From Parasitella parasitica NRRL 2501 (lineage: Eukaryota; Fungi; Mucoromycota), in NCBI GenBank assembly GCA_025201805.1, contig MU619340.1:6926-67679 (forward strand): a DNA stretch of 60,754 bases. The letters are read 5' to 3'. Position numbers and translations under genes: made by a program. Within the stretch, counting starts at the first letter, position 1. Every line of letters starts with the position of its first letter. Positions 13,202-27,270 of this stretch are shown one piece after another. The notes beneath the pieces were generated by a model that saw nothing but the letters and a program-made list of their open reading frames with translations, did not search any database and was not told where the DNA came from.

Positions 13202-14219
13202 ATGGACGAAGACTACGAGAGCGTTTTGTTGATTATTCGAGAATGTTTTGGTATGAATTAAAGAAGCTTCACACACGGGGGAAAAAGAAAAAAATAGTAG
13301 AAAACTAATAGACAACTGCGTATAGTTTACAAGATCCCCCCTAGAACAGCAGCAAGAGGCTATAGGTTTGTTTTATTCGTTGGTTGGAACCAAAGAAAGC
13401 CCAACTTATGGTACCATCTATTACTAGAGCTGCAGAGTGGGGAGATCTCGGTACTTCCTTTCTATGGAAAGGCCGCTTAAGAATTATAAGTAAAGGAAAC
13501 AAGTGCGAAATCCGTATGGAGGACAATAGCACAGGTAAAACGAGAAAATGAAGAAAACAAAGAAACTCGAGATTGACTAGAAGCATTCAATCACGATAAA
13601 CCAATAGGAGAGGTATTTGCCATCTGTCCGTACGAGGTTCATTCAAACTCTGTGGAAGCTGTACTAGATTCTAGCCGTTATTTTGTACTCAAGATTGAAA
13701 GCGATGGTATGTTTGATTAGGAAGGAAGGATCGAAGCTGACATGAGAGTAACGGCATTTTGATAGGACGACATGCTTTTATTGGAATGGGTTTCCAGGAA
13801 CGGTCAGACGCCTTTGATTTCAATGTAACATTGCAAGATTTTGTAAAGTAAAGTGTGATGGTAACAATACTGCATAAACGCATATTAAGCATAATCGTGG
13901 ATTTCAGACAATTACGCGCAGAAAAGGAAGCAGTACAACGGGCAGCGCAGGCAGATACGACACCCAAAAAGGATTATAGTTTAAAAGAAGGTCAAACCAT
14001 CAATATTACGATTGGGAATGTTGGAGTAAGTTGTAATGTTTGTATGATAGTGTTGCCAGCTTTATTCATAGTGATTTCCAACAGGCAAAGAGGACAAGAC
14101 AAAAGCCAGCTAATAATTCAACAAACAGTGGTGGTATTGTACCGTTACTACCGCCACCGCCATCTGCTTCACAAGTTAAACAGCAGCAGCAGCAAAAGCA
14201 ACAACAGCCATTTTTTTAA
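13202..14219 (+). CDS. NECAP: Adaptin ear-binding coat-associated protein (NECAP, PHear domain)
   Basis: Spliced translation [30 protein letters not shown]...LWKGRLRI...[15 protein letters not shown]...[19 protein letters not shown]...[10 protein letters not shown]...LLPPPP. Many short exons that the ORF track misses. Confidence 0.92.
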
Positions 14220-14559
14220 TTGTATCTCTGAGAAATGATCAATAAGAACGATCTTCGAATGACTTATATAATTAGTCTGTTGGACATGATAGGACGGGTG
14301 ATCGATTCATGAAAAGCTTTATACTGAGGTTTGCTATAACTCTTCTTTACTCAGTACCTAAAATTTAAAAAAATAAACTGTCTGTCGTGCCCAACACAAT
14401 ACTTGTTGCCTTGCTTCGGTCTCTGTAATCCCTATTCCCCTAGATCTCTCAATCTATGCTAGAATTCTTTTTTTTTTGTGGTGGGCAGGATAAATTTTGA
14501 ATCTGATAAATATAAAAAAAGTGAATATATCATACGTAAAAGGTAATAAATCAATCAAG

Positions 14560-15420
14560 GGAGCCATTTTCTTGTACCAAAGTTGGGTTTGTATCATTTC
14601 TTTTACCTTTGCTTCAGTTCAATCAATTCAGTCAGTTAAAAAAAATAGACACTAAGCATTCAAATCACCTCATATTGTGCCGTATATCGCTCGTTCCTCG
14701 AGAAAACGTCAATACATCTCTGTTGGTCGCAAACAGCTATCCCTTGGAAGAACCAACTGTTTCAAACCCTCTTGTTCTTGAGCATCAAAAGTTTGGACCC
14801 TCATGCTGCCAAAATTGCTAGACAGCCATATAAAACAAATTTCAATAATATGAGGTCTGACAACTCTACTATCAACAAGCTCCCAAAGAAAATCTTGAAG
14901 ATTTTCCTGATTATATATCTGTCACCACTGCATGATGCCAAGCAAAAGGCTAGAAAGCGCAAGCTATAAGGAAATATCAAAGGAAAAATAAAACAGTGGG
15001 GGCCTATACGAGTTCGTTGAATAGTTTAAAAAAAAAAGTAATGTCTAGTAAGTTGGAGCTGGCCGAAAATAGTTTCCAAACAGCCAAAGATCTGGACATT
15101 ACTTTTTCTATCCGAACTTTCACCATGGATATTCAAATGTAAAGAGATTGAGGAGGCTTGAATTGACCAAGTCTAGATTCTATGATACCACAGCAAGCAA
15201 AGAGCGACGCTTTACCGGCGCTTAGAGCCCATTTATGTTTGTCGGTGATCGTGGGCATGATTTTGGCACGGCTATGAAAGGCCACCAGCGCTTTGGTGGA
15301 TTCTGGGGGGGCGGGAAAGACACGCTGTAGACTAATGAAAGCAACTTGCTTTTTTTTTTTTTTTTTTTTCTAGAATCTCAGATTGCTATACCCTTACACC
15401 TGCCTCCGCAAGATTGATTC
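14560..15420 (+). pseudogene. Degenerate Fanzor1 (eukaryotic TnpB-like RuvC nuclease) remnant
   Basis: Fragments in expected order: PFSCTKVG (decayed RuvC-I-like), NKLPKKILKI, RRLELTKSRFYDTTASKERRF*SPFMFVGDRGHDFGTAMKGHQRFGGFW, then frameshifted TNESN (RuvC-II NE) and TCLRK. Stops and frameshifts present; C-terminus missing. Confidence 0.7.
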
Positions 15421-16749
15421 TTTTTCAAATCAAATCAGAAGGCCAATTTGCTATTGAAAATCATAAAATCGAAGTGCATTTACAAAAGAAATCGTACATG
15501 AATACACAAAGGTGTTGATTAGGATTATAACGCTAGTTAAGTACTATTACACTAACACTATTACTGTTATTACAGTGTTGAATTTAGATTCCCACACCAT
15601 TCATATGGATACCCAAATGAGATTTTTTCTGAAAGATCATAAAGGAGATGTTACATGTGTCTAATGATCCTCCAATTGAAGTGACATGTTTTGGTTGGAC
15701 AAGTGCAGCACTGTCACCAGAGACTATATTATTCAGAAAAAAAGAAAAACGGGATCGGCTGCATCCATTATGGCCAAGATAACAAAGTATATATTCCAGT
15801 GTTTCTGAACCATGTCTATTTATATTTTCAAGTCCAATGTAAAACCATATCAGATCTTAATTTGCGATAAACGAGTTTTTGAGCATGTCGATTATATTGC
15901 ATTGTTTAGTCAAAGATATTGGTAACACTGAACCTTAAGCTTAAAAACAGGATACATAATAAATAATGGGCGGTAAGATTTCTATTGCTGTATAAGTAAC
16001 ACTGCACAAATTTCTTTGCATTCTAATTATGATAATTAAACTTGTTTATTATTTTTGTAAAGATATATGAACACAATAGCATTGGCGTGGCATTATAAGA
16101 TGGGCTGATGCTTTTTGATCCTCAACGGCTTGATGAAAAAGCGACAATCATGCCATTGCTTAAAAGCGCGCAGATTCTTTTTGCCTATTTATAGAGCCAG
16201 AAGACAAAGCAAATGTTGCTAAACGTTTGCCATAATAATAGCAAATCTTTAGGAAAACGACAAAAATTTGTTGTTAATTTTTGTTCACATGTGCCGCTAT
16301 TGTTTAGTAGTATATGAACATGAGTTCTCTTTGTAAAGTAGATTGCTACAGGTTTTCATCGTAAATATATAGTCTCTTTTTGAGGAGAAATCAGCTTCGT
16401 TGAATAAATAAGCAAGATATGTGTAACATGCAATTTACTGACGGTTACATATTTGAGAATTATTGCTAATGTCTTACAACACTTTAAGCATATTCAACAA
16501 CGAAAAATTATGGTGTGATGTTGATAACATATAGTATTCATGGGTAAAAAATACAAAAAGTGTTGAATTTAATAGATAATTTAGAAAAAAATAGGAAGGG
16601 GGAAAATACTATTATTACAATTAGGGTGAGATGGAGAATATTTCATTGTTAGTGGGATGGACCAAATCGGAATTAGATGTTGAGAGCTGTGCTGCATGAG
16701 AGTGAGAGTGCTTGAGAGGGAGAGCAAGATAGAGAGAGAGAGAGGGTAT

Positions 16750-18692
16750 TTAGAGAGCAAGAACAGCAACAACAGCAGAGACACCAACTAATGCAATTGA
16801 AGTAGGAGAAACACGCAAACCAGCACTCTTGTCACCGTTAGATTGAGCAGCAGTGCTGGAACCGCTGCCAGCGGTTGAAGAGCTGGAAGTATCAGTCTTG
16901 TTGGAGCCACCGCCAGGGGTAATGGTGTTATTGTTGGCAGAAGCAGGAGGTCCAACAGGTTCAGTGACAACAGTGATGTTGAACTCCTTTGCAACAGCAT
17001 TAGATCTGTCTACAATCCATTGAACCAAGCCCCAAGCAGCGCCGCCACCATTAGCATTGGGAGCAGAAACACCCTGCCATAAGTTTTCAGTGACTTGAGC
17101 AAAGTTCCATCCAAAGTTGATACCAGGAGATTGTTGAGTAATAGAACGATCCCATTCAAGATCAGGCAAAAGGAAGTTGTGAAGAGCCAGCACACGGTTA
17201 GTGAGGGTGGCGTTGTTGAAGAGGACACGGACAGTCTCTGTCAAGTACTTTTCAAAGGCGGCCTTCTTGTCAGGATTTTCCAAGAGACGGTTCGCCATGA
17301 TTCCACCGGGATAACGAGCAGGATAGTCTTTGTAGGAGACAGAGGTGAATTGCATGCCCTCAGGGACATCAAGATTGACGCCAAAGGTGGCATCATAATC
17401 CTGGCCCAAATAGTACCATTTGTTGGTTTCAGCTTCTTTGTAAGCACCGTCGTTAGTTTGGGCCATCCAGTAACCATCCCAATGACCAGCCAAGTATTCC
17501 ATGACCATGAAGCGCAGGAAATGGTCAGTGTCGAATTGGTTGTCAAAGGCGGCAAGGGCAGTATTGTCAGCAACGTTGGTCTCATTGAATGCTTTACACA
17601 GAGGGTCAAGTGCTTCATAACCTTGAGAATTTGCTTTGTTAGAAGCCCAAGAAGAATAGCCGTCGAGGTTTCCTGGGTGGTAGAGGAAATCAGCTCCAGA
17701 TTGACCATCGTACAGCAAGCCTTGGTTAGCGGGGGCCTTGCCACCATAGAACATGGCATTGATGTAAGAGAACTCAGTGATATCATCCAGCATGTTGAAA
17801 GTACCAAAGAACTCGCCATTGATAAAGAGTCTGATCATATTGGCTTCATTAGCATATGTGCCTAGAGCATGCAGGACATCGGTATAAAGACGCTCACGGA
17901 TTTGAGTAGGGTCTTCTTCCATGTGACGAAGCTTGAAGAAGTTGCGGTTACCGAGCATATCGCTGCCATTGAGTGCCCAGTTCCAAGACTGTTTGGCGTT
18001 GTTCTTGCTCTTTCCAGCACCGTGAACACCGAAGGTTACATTTTGGAAAGTGTTGGCGTAGTCAGCGCCGACAAAGGTAAGCGTACCTTGGATCTTGTCC
18101 TTGGGGACATTCTTTACCAAGTTGCTTACTTGAGAAGCTTCTCCAGTGAAAAACACACTGGGGATATAGTTTTCATCGAAAATAGCAGGCTTGGCGCCCT
18201 TTCGAGTCCATTGAGGCTATCGTACGACATGTATTATTAGTACGTCTGTAGGAGCTTAAATATACATGTCGGATGCTTACATCTTTCTCAATGGGCCATG
18301 GTAACTTGGGAATATTGGCATAAGTTACAGAGCGGTTGTGGAAGTCGTTGAGAGTGGAGACTTTGGTACTGTCAAGAGCACGACTGAAGGCTTCCTCGGT
18401 GCCGCCGACAACATACTAGCATACGAAAAAAAAAAAATGGGTTAGAAAAGACAGAACATTGACATCGAGAGCCTCAATGGTCACGCACCTTATAGTCTTT
18501 GGCAGAGCCGACTTCGGCTTCGCCACTAAAGTAAGGGACATTGGGATCAGCAGCTGTGAGAGCGATCTGCTGGCCATTGACGGAAACCTTCACATCAGTT
18601 GCTGAAGGCGCAATGACGTTGAATTTGACGGTGGCTGCTTGGGCTACAGCAAGCAAAAGCGATGAAGAAATAAGGGCGAGTGACAGTTTCAT
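16750..18692 (-). CDS. cotH: Spore coat protein CotH family kinase/invasin (CotH2/CotH3-like), signal peptide and GPI-anchor-like tail
   Basis: 3 exons. N-terminal signal MKLSLALISSSLLLAVAQA; CotH motifs FKLRHMEEDPTQIRERLY and HWDGYWMAQTNDGAY...YLGQDYDATFG; Ser/Thr-rich stalk and hydrophobic C-terminus. Confidence 0.95.
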
Positions 18693-19215
18693 ATTTTCAG
18701 ATGTAAAGTAAAGGAAAGTATATTGCTAGAAAATATATAAACTTGAGAAGAAAAGAGAGGAGATCCAGAGATTCGATTTCTTTATATAAGCAAGTTAAAG
18801 TTGCGGAACATTGAGTAGCAGGGTTATATTTATAGGAGTCATGTCGCATCCAATTCCATAGGAGGCAATTTCGTAAATCAGTGTAACAAAAACCTAAATA
18901 AGATAAAAAAGGGGACACACATATAGTTTTGTGTACTCCCCCCCCCCTTTTTTCACACTAAAAAAACTCATGTGTATCTTTTGTGTCTAAAAAGGAGAAC
19001 CAAGAAGAATCCATTGTGCCATCGCGTTTGCCTGTAAATTATTGTGAATTTCCCATTTGGAAACGACAGCAATCTATTTTTGAACGTGATAATAATAACA
19101 TTTACACGGAATTTTAATCAAGTCTTAAAAACGTCTGTCGATAATAACACATTTGGCTAGTAAATTTTTTTGTTATTATTGTTTGTTAATACTTTTTCCG
19201 TTTTAACACTGCAAA

Positions 19216-20341
19216 ATGGAACGTAAATCACGCTCATCGCGAACCCAGGACGACGGTGCAGCAGAAGAGTTCAGCCTGTGGAAGCATATTTGTGCATCGC
19301 TCTTAAAATTAGAAGGAATCCAAAAAGAAGAAGAAACAATTATTAATAGCATCAATAAAATTCAAGTATCAGTTGATTTTGAGCAAGGTATTACTAGCTT
19401 AATACATCAGAAATTAAAAGACAACTACAAACGTGGAATTGAATTGACAACGAGCGAGCAAAAGTAAGGCGGTTTTTTTTTTTCGAGCAGATTGTATCAT
19501 ACATGCTTAGCTTGTAAACAGGACCATCCAAGATATCATTGAGAAAATATCTGTGTTGGTTGCATTACGAGACAATAACGACCAAGGTAAATTATACTAG
19601 CACAATAATTGCTACACGAGTCATATTGCTGATTCCTTAATTTAGATCAGAAAAGGAAGAAGAGAAAAACAGAAACGGAAAAGTAGACATCAGAAATGCA
19701 AGAAAAACGAGTTTTTTTTTTTTTTTTTTTAACGATGTTATTACTGTAGAGCAGGCGGAAACCACATTTTTGTAAAGGGAACTACGGTAAATTGAGACTC
19801 ACGAACCTTAATTTTCTTTGCAATTCGTTAAAAATATGTTTGTGTAGGTTGCCGCAAGACAGCCAAAGGAGAAGGACAAGAGCGAGGAATGGATTTTGGC
19901 AGTGGTTCTTCAGTATTATGCGGATAAAAACAAGTATCAGGTGGAGGATGTAGATCAGGACGATTATGGAGAGAAGCAGTAAGGCCATATAATTAATATA
20001 AAGCAGGATTTATATGGCTAAATAATACACAGACGCTACATGCTCTCTCCACGTTATGTGATTCCAGTTTTGAGTTCGGAGGCTGCAAAAGCATCGCCAG
20101 AGATTCCTGCCCAACAGGATGTGTTGGCGCTGTACCCAGGTACAACTTGTTTCTATAAAGCAACGGTTATTGCTCCTCCAAGCAAGGTAATGGCTATAAA
20201 GTACGACAGCGCAATTTGCCTAATTAGCATTCCTAATAGGGCAAAGACATTAAGAATTATCGAGTGCAATTTGAAGATGACAACGACGAGGTTAAATATG
20301 TCATGCCAGAACATGTATTGGAAATGCCTAAAATAAAATGA
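19216..20341 (+). CDS. SGF29: SAGA-associated factor 29 (double Tudor, H3K4me reader)
   Basis: Multi-exon. N-terminal coiled coil, then VAARQPK...EEWILAVV...YQVEDVD and VLALYPGTTCFYKATV...YRVQFEDD; stop at 20339-20341. Confidence 0.92.
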
Positions 20342-23300
20342 TGCTGGAGACGCAGGCCGTCTTGGTTTTTTTTATTTTTATTTTTTTCATGTAATACTAT
20401 AATAAAATATACAATCTACCCATACATGCGTGGCCCCAGGTGCTGTATATCATCGAGGAACTTGTTATAGGCATGATACATTATTCAAACAAACATCGGC
20501 TGTTTACATGTTGCAGCCCTCCTTATTATATGTATTTTGCTTTGACATTCTAGCTGAACCCTTAAAATCCAATCAGATGCTATATACCATACTGTTCTCG
20601 AATACAGTTTAGTCTATTAAACACTGTACTTGAACCTGCATGTATCAATGTACTGACCATCATATATATTTGGATACAATTGGTCTACTGAAAGGAAAAT
20701 GCCATGTATATGTACATGGACACAGAGGGACTTCTCGGTGCTCTCTCTTTTCTATTTGGCTTAGGGCACGTGCGGTCAGCAGAAGCATTTCACGTAAAAA
20801 TAGTACGCAGCCATTCAGAAAACAAACATATGGCCAACAGTGTGGCTGATTTTGATTCTATACAATGATCCGCACAAATATGATGCATATAAGCTATGGA
20901 AATTTGACCGAAAACATCAAGGGTCGATAGATCGTCACTGTGGGTGCTTGACATACATCAGTTTCTGAATTGATCATCATTATCTTGTATATGTAAATGA
21001 ACAATAACTTGCATCTAAAATACGTAATGGGGGGAGCAAACAACAAATGCAAAAAAGGGCTTAATGTTTCATTACGATTGCATCGCGTTCATCCAATTTT
21101 TGACATATGTAAACACAAATAAGCCCAAATTTGCGCATTGTTTACATGAGTGCACTCACATGCCCTCAGGCGTCAGCTACTATTACGCCAATGGTTCATT
21201 GCAGCCACAAAAAAATTCCTGTTTGGATCGAGCTTTTTATAACTTTCTTGGCTGACAACAGAAAACAACGCCAAAAAATGTACAATCATCCTATCTATCA
21301 TACGTGTATTTGCTGTCACTGTTCCGTGCTTCTGCAAAACCTAAATATACACAATGAAGCCTAATTTGGAGTGTGTATCCTAAAATACACTATTTTGAAT
21401 ATATGACCACGACAATAACAACTGAGTTGGTGGCTACAATTTTGAATCAGTAATGCATTTATCACAATGAATTTAATTTCTTTTTTTTTTTTCGACACTA
21501 AATAAGCGCAGTTGGGATATACGACTCAAATATTATCATAATTATACCAAAAAATTGAAACTAATAAAAACGAATTAAGCAGAACAATAAAAAGTTATTA
21601 GTTTGGCTAATTGATTGCGAAAAGCATATTAGTGATTTGGCCAAATATTTCATCTCTTTTTACTATTTGAGGGCAAGCAGTGTATTACATGTAGATTTCC
21701 ATAATCGTAGTAATCGATAACAATGCGTTAGATTGCTTATTTTTCATGCTTCGAAAACTTCCTTGCTTTGTCCAAATAGCAGTTTAATAAGTGCAGTAGT
21801 AAAATTAGCTCGGTAAAATTTGTGTTGCAATTTTTCAATGATTACAATGGTGGCAAATAAGCAAAATGATGCAGCAATGATGTCTTACAGCCACTGGACT
21901 ACATCATATAACATGTGAAAGAGATAGAGCTGAAACCGTAAATATTCATTCAAAAGACACAAAAATGGCTATTACTCAAAGAAAAAAGGAATAGTAGATC
22001 AAATTAGCAGATTAATTGCTTTGACTACAAATTAATGTTACATCAGATTACGTGCATTCTCTAACAAATTCTAAATGAACCTAGCTAAAAACTGGCCTAA
22101 AGATCAGCTACAGAATAAACTGTTGCGAGAGAATCTGTAATTTTAGTGTACTTTGAGATATCATACACCTAGTTCAAATTCTATGAGCCTTTGTAACGGA
22201 AATTGAGAGAAAAACAGCGTATAGATAGCTCTGCGTTAAGTCTAAGAAATGGTACTCGTATATGCTGAGTAGTTTTCAAGATTTCTGATATGAATAAAAG
22301 TATCGTAAACACCATTATCTTAATTTTTTGTCATGATGCTTAATGGGAGAGTGCAAAACGCTCTACATTTCCAATAACTTTCATTTCTAAAGCTACTAAC
22401 GACATTTTATCAAGATAATCTATGTAAAGTGTATGCTTTCTTTTTCATTCAAACAAATATTTATTTGGGATATCATATGCTACTACTAGATACTACGGAA
22501 GATGCTACTAACTCTGTGTATATATTGATTGTTAATCGAGGAGCTCTTAGCAATTTAGGATAACAAAAGCAAAAACGCTCCCAACACATGACACACAAAC
22601 ATGAACAAAAGTCTATAGGAGATAAAGAAGTTTAAATTTCCAAGGTTAGTATATACGATGTAAATGAATTAGATTAGTGAATGTAATTTCAAATTCATCA
22701 CTATTAGTTATATTATACAAAGATACATTAGTATCTAATGGTAGTTCTATTTACTAAACAATGCAATGCTCATGTATGTGTCTTTTTTGATTATTCATAG
22801 CATGAATCAGAAGTATACAGCCCCATTCCCATCCATATGTGTATACTAGACAGGATTGAAGGTGTGTATATATGATATATACACAAAACTACCTCCTAGA
22901 TGATGGTTCAACCAAGAACATGCAACCCTTCCAATATGCATTGTGTGTACATGACAATTTCCACTTCCAGGGAAAGGGGTTGTTTTTGTGACGACAAGAG
23001 CAGTTGATGATCTGCAAAACTATGTAGTACACAAATATGCAAGGGTGAACTGGTAGCAATATAGTTAAGATTGACATTTACGTTTGCTTCAATCACGTTG
23101 CAAAATTATTGGTTTAAATGTGCCTTATTGCAAAATATCATACATATATACTGAGGAGCAGATAGTAAGAGAGACAGATAGAGGGAGTATCTAGACTAGC
23201 AAAGAAAGGAGATACCATATCATTTTTGAACAAAATGACAGTTGTGTTTTGTATACGTTTGACGGTGGATGAAGTTGGGTAATTAATGTGCTCCGTATAA

Positions 23301-24236
23301 AAATAAAGAGCATGGAATATGGCAATGATTGAGTTATGTGGTTGCCTATGTATCGTAGTTCTTGGCCCCACATTTTCAATAGATTGTCCCAACTATATGT
23401 GCGTAAAGCCATGCCACTTATTGTTACACCTGAACATGACACTCGATTATCATGGACGTTCACAACAACAGCTCCTTCTCTTCCAGTTCCCAAACATGGC
23501 ATTGGTAATTATTGTACCCGACAAATAAGAGGTGCCAGAGATTGAAAATACCACCGAATGATTCCACTAAACACCTTGCTCATGCGTGAATATTTAAAGC
23601 TCTCGGTCGGCTCGAATATCAAATAACCGGCAACTGGCGCCTTTAAAACACTGTACCGATAGTATTGCCTTAATCATCAAGTCGCTCCAATGTGTTAAGC
23701 TTGAGGGCAGATCTTAAATCTAAGTGTGATCTTCTCAATAAATGTTGACTGTCCATGCTATGATTAGCTAGGCTGATGTATTTTGTTGTAAAGGAATCTT
23801 TGTAGAACGCCTTAAAGCTCTCGCTATTGCTTGCGTATGTCGTCTTCAGCTGGGGATTTAAATGGATGATAAAGTTCACCTTATCTGCATAAATAACAGG
23901 ACACCGTACCTAACACACTATATTCCTTATGCCGTATCTTTAACGCTTTTGATAGAACCCAATTTGCACTTTTTGACTCTACCAGTCTGCGCATTTGACT
24001 ATACCAAATTGCGCTTTTTGTATGTAAATAGAGATTCTCCCCTCCCCTATCAGATACATTTAAAAATATGACTTATCCCAAAACATAAATAAAATAGCTT
24101 TTTGTTCTCACAGAGGTAGTTCAGTAGTGTTTTAGTAAATCTACATTATTGTTGGCTTAGTGTCTATTTTTTTTTTTTTTGCTATCGATTGTCAGGTAGT
24201 CCCAAATAACAGGTACACATGGGAAGAGGGTCATTA

Positions 24237-25912
24237 CTATCGAATTTTCAATTTCTTGTTAGACGATGCTCTTGTTGCGGTGGAGGCTGTTTCTGTCGAG
24301 CTAGAGGTTACTGGCATTGGGGGAGGAGGTACGTTCAATAAACAGGTGTCCAATTCTAGAGAGGTTTTGTCAGATGCGTTTACCAAAGTCATGCCTTCAA
24401 CAACAATTTGGCGACAAGCCCAGGCGGAGTAGATTGCAGGAATTACTGAGCTAAATTGAGAGATGTGCGAACCAATGCTGATAGCTTTGTTAGAATTGAC
24501 ACGAGAAATATACATAGTAGGTCTATCCGATGTAATCATATGGCTATTGAGGCCACTGTGTATAAAGCCTACGGTTCTCAATTGTTCGTACTGCAGCTGG
24601 TCAATCTTCAACACTACTTTATAGAGTCTATCGAGCATATCCTTGAGCGCACGCGGAAGCTTATACATTCTTTCATGTAAATATTTTGTGCCAACACTAC
24701 CAATGTCTTTAATGCCTGCTTCACTACCACCGAATTCCAGAGCTTGTGAATGATCGGCTATGTTTTGTCGAAAAATCATATCAAGTCTGTGCCCAAATTG
24801 CATATAATCCATTGTTTCGAGCGATGAGATGTGTCTATTAGCATTTTTTCGTTTCCGACTTGAGTGGCTCACAGATTCACCGGTTACAGCACCAATGTCT
24901 TTTAAAGCATCAAATCCAGTCTCTATCATTGACCAAATGTGAGACTGATACCAAGATTCAAGATGAGGCTTTTTCATATTTCCAGCTTCATATTGTCTGG
25001 GTATAGAATAAATGACATGATTAATCCAGTCTTTGTCAGGATTATAATCATCAAATATGTTGAGCTTTCAATGTACGTCGAATATCTTCAGTGTCGTTTT
25101 TGTTGTATGCCATAAGGTGTTCTTTTAACTCGGAAGTCATCAAAGAAAGTTCTTTTTTATCAATTGTTCGTATTTCTTGTAATTCTGCTGGAGTGAAGAC
25201 GTTAAATATTGTATAGTTGTTGTCCTCTGGATCCATTATGAGAGATTTACTTTGATGATCGTGATTACATTGTAAACCAAACATGTACAGCTCATCATCT
25301 ACGCATTTTCCAGTAGACAAAATCCATTTCTTAGCAGGGTCCAGTTTATGTACATGTCTTCGAGAGCGAAAGACTCTGATGCCTCTCCGTTGCTGCCACT
25401 ACTGGGTGAGGGCGCTGCTGCCACGCTGTTGCTGTTGCTGCTGGATGATGGCGCTTCTACCACTCTGTCACTGCTGGATGAGCTGTTAAAATAATCTTCC
25501 TCAATCATTGAAATTTCTCCCTCCGTTATTTGTTTTTTCAATTGCACACTGAGCTACTTCTTGGTTGTTATGTGGTGTTCTCTTGCTTCAAGATAAAAAA
25601 AACCTCTAAACCAGAAGAATATCTTTTATCTATATTCAACTTTATGTCAGTATTCCCAGCAAAACAATAATAAATTAAACGTAAACTCTCTACTTCTCTT
25701 GAATTCTTCTTTGCTCTTCTAGCCCACAGTATCCATTTATTCTTATCACGATTCTTCCTTATATTCAATGATGCAATGTTATTCACTGCACCTTCAATTG
25801 CTTATACACAGGAAGACCAATTTTCAAATTCCGAATACTTCACAAACGCTAAAGCAGGAGACGTCGTATCCTCTTTCCAGTTAGCTAATACCCAGTCAGT
25901 ATTCGATTGCAT
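24237..25912 (-). pseudogene. PD-(D/E)xK restriction-endonuclease-fold (Crinkler-REase-like) pseudogene
   Basis: Reconstructed MQSNTDWVL...LDPAKKWILSTGKCVDDELY...KDWINHVIY...ESWYQSHIW...GES...HRLDMIFRQ...LEFGGSEAG...KLPRALKDML...TVGFIHSG. Frameshifts near 25055 and 25345, and in-frame stops. Confidence 0.65.
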
Positions 25913-26189
25913 TTTGATGCGCAACACTAGAACCAAAAGTGAACAACTGAGGAAGCTACATTTCAAGTAAACCGCGCTACGTTATCAGTCGTAGGAATTC
26001 ACTACCCCAAACAAAATAGTGTTACTCTTTCCTTAGCATTTGGTTTCTACTTTAGTAGTGTGTCATCAGACATGAGCAATACAAGAACATGGTGAGTGAC
26101 ACGAATATTTGACAACAGATGGCTAATATCTATGTTTTTATAGATTTCATGTTAATTCGGGATAAGAGAAGCAACTAACTATTCCAGAG

Positions 26190-27270
26190 CATGGCGTCTC
26201 TCGGATACGCTCTTGAGAGTGTATTAAATGCAGGATCGCAACGGTCCTTCTTGGGTTATTCCAAATGGAGATCACTTCAATTAGAAAGTATCTTTTGTAC
26301 AGAGCTTCTTGTGCTGATTGAAATCAGCTTGAACTTCTCAATTCGCACTATTAGCAATTTCAAATTATGCATTCAATAAAAATGAAAAGTCGAAACGATT
26401 GATATATGGTTTATTAGAAACACTCCATCCGCAGACATTTATCAAACATGTTTACAGAATGGTGACTAACGTTTCGTTTGATGCCCCAGCTCTTCATCGT
26501 AAACCCAAAAATTTGACCGGATCAAGCTCAGATGAATATGGAGGAAGATATTCCTTCAATTTCATCAGCCGTAAGAATTTGGGCATTGTCCATAACGATG
26601 TAAAATTCCTTCGTCTCAGGAAATTGATCCGTACAGTTCATTGTCTTCTGCAAGAAGATCATGTAATGACCAGTACCAGTATCTTTAGACGCTGGTTTTT
26701 TGGTGTGCAGTTGTTTTCTTTTACAAGCTTCATCAACTTTAATCCTCTTTGATTTAGAGTTAGGCACTCTAGTCTCAATGTTCACCACACCCATGATGAG
26801 ATACCTTATGAGCAGATGGTGTAGTAACTATAGCTTGATTGCCCTTGGTAAATAGTGCTGTTGTTGATCTCATATTGATATCAATGCAGACTCATCTACA
26901 AGTATGCAGTTGCTCATTTAGTCCATGTCTTTCGGTGAGCGTAATATTAGAGTTTTTGGTCACAGGATGACGAGTTACCGCTTCACTGTCGAGTTGCAAC
27001 CATTCTTGACGTAGTTGGTCAGATACAAAAATAGGACCTTCTGCTCATCCGAACAAATAATGTAAACCTTTATTAATTGTGGCATCCTCTACTTTCTTCG
27101 GATCATCAACAGTTGATTCAAGTATTGACTGACGCACAAGCCATTTTTCCAACAAATTAGGAGCCTCTGTTCTTTATAGATTGTCGTCTTCTTCATCCCC
27201 AATTCATAGTTTCGGTGACATCTTTATTGTAAACCCCCACCAAGCCCGTCTTCTGTGAAAAACCTAAAAC
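26190..27270 (-). pseudogene. Tc1/mariner DDE transposase pseudogene
   Basis: Minus-strand motifs SNCILVDESA (D1), GTGHYMIFLQKTM...FYIVMDNA (D2) and ELDPVKF (decayed ELNPIE); many stops and frameshifts. Confidence 0.85.

Noticed and set aside
17095-18240. Long antisense and alternative-frame ORFs over cotH
   Set aside because: Expected shadow of strong codon bias; no recognisable motifs.
20400-23590. Short ORFs between SGF29 and the Tc1 element
   Set aside because: No coherent splice model or recognisable motif; probably decayed repeats, but I cannot classify them.
24237-25912. Secreted Crinkler effector
   Set aside because: No signal peptide or LFLAK-type header seen; only the C-terminal nuclease-like domain is supported.
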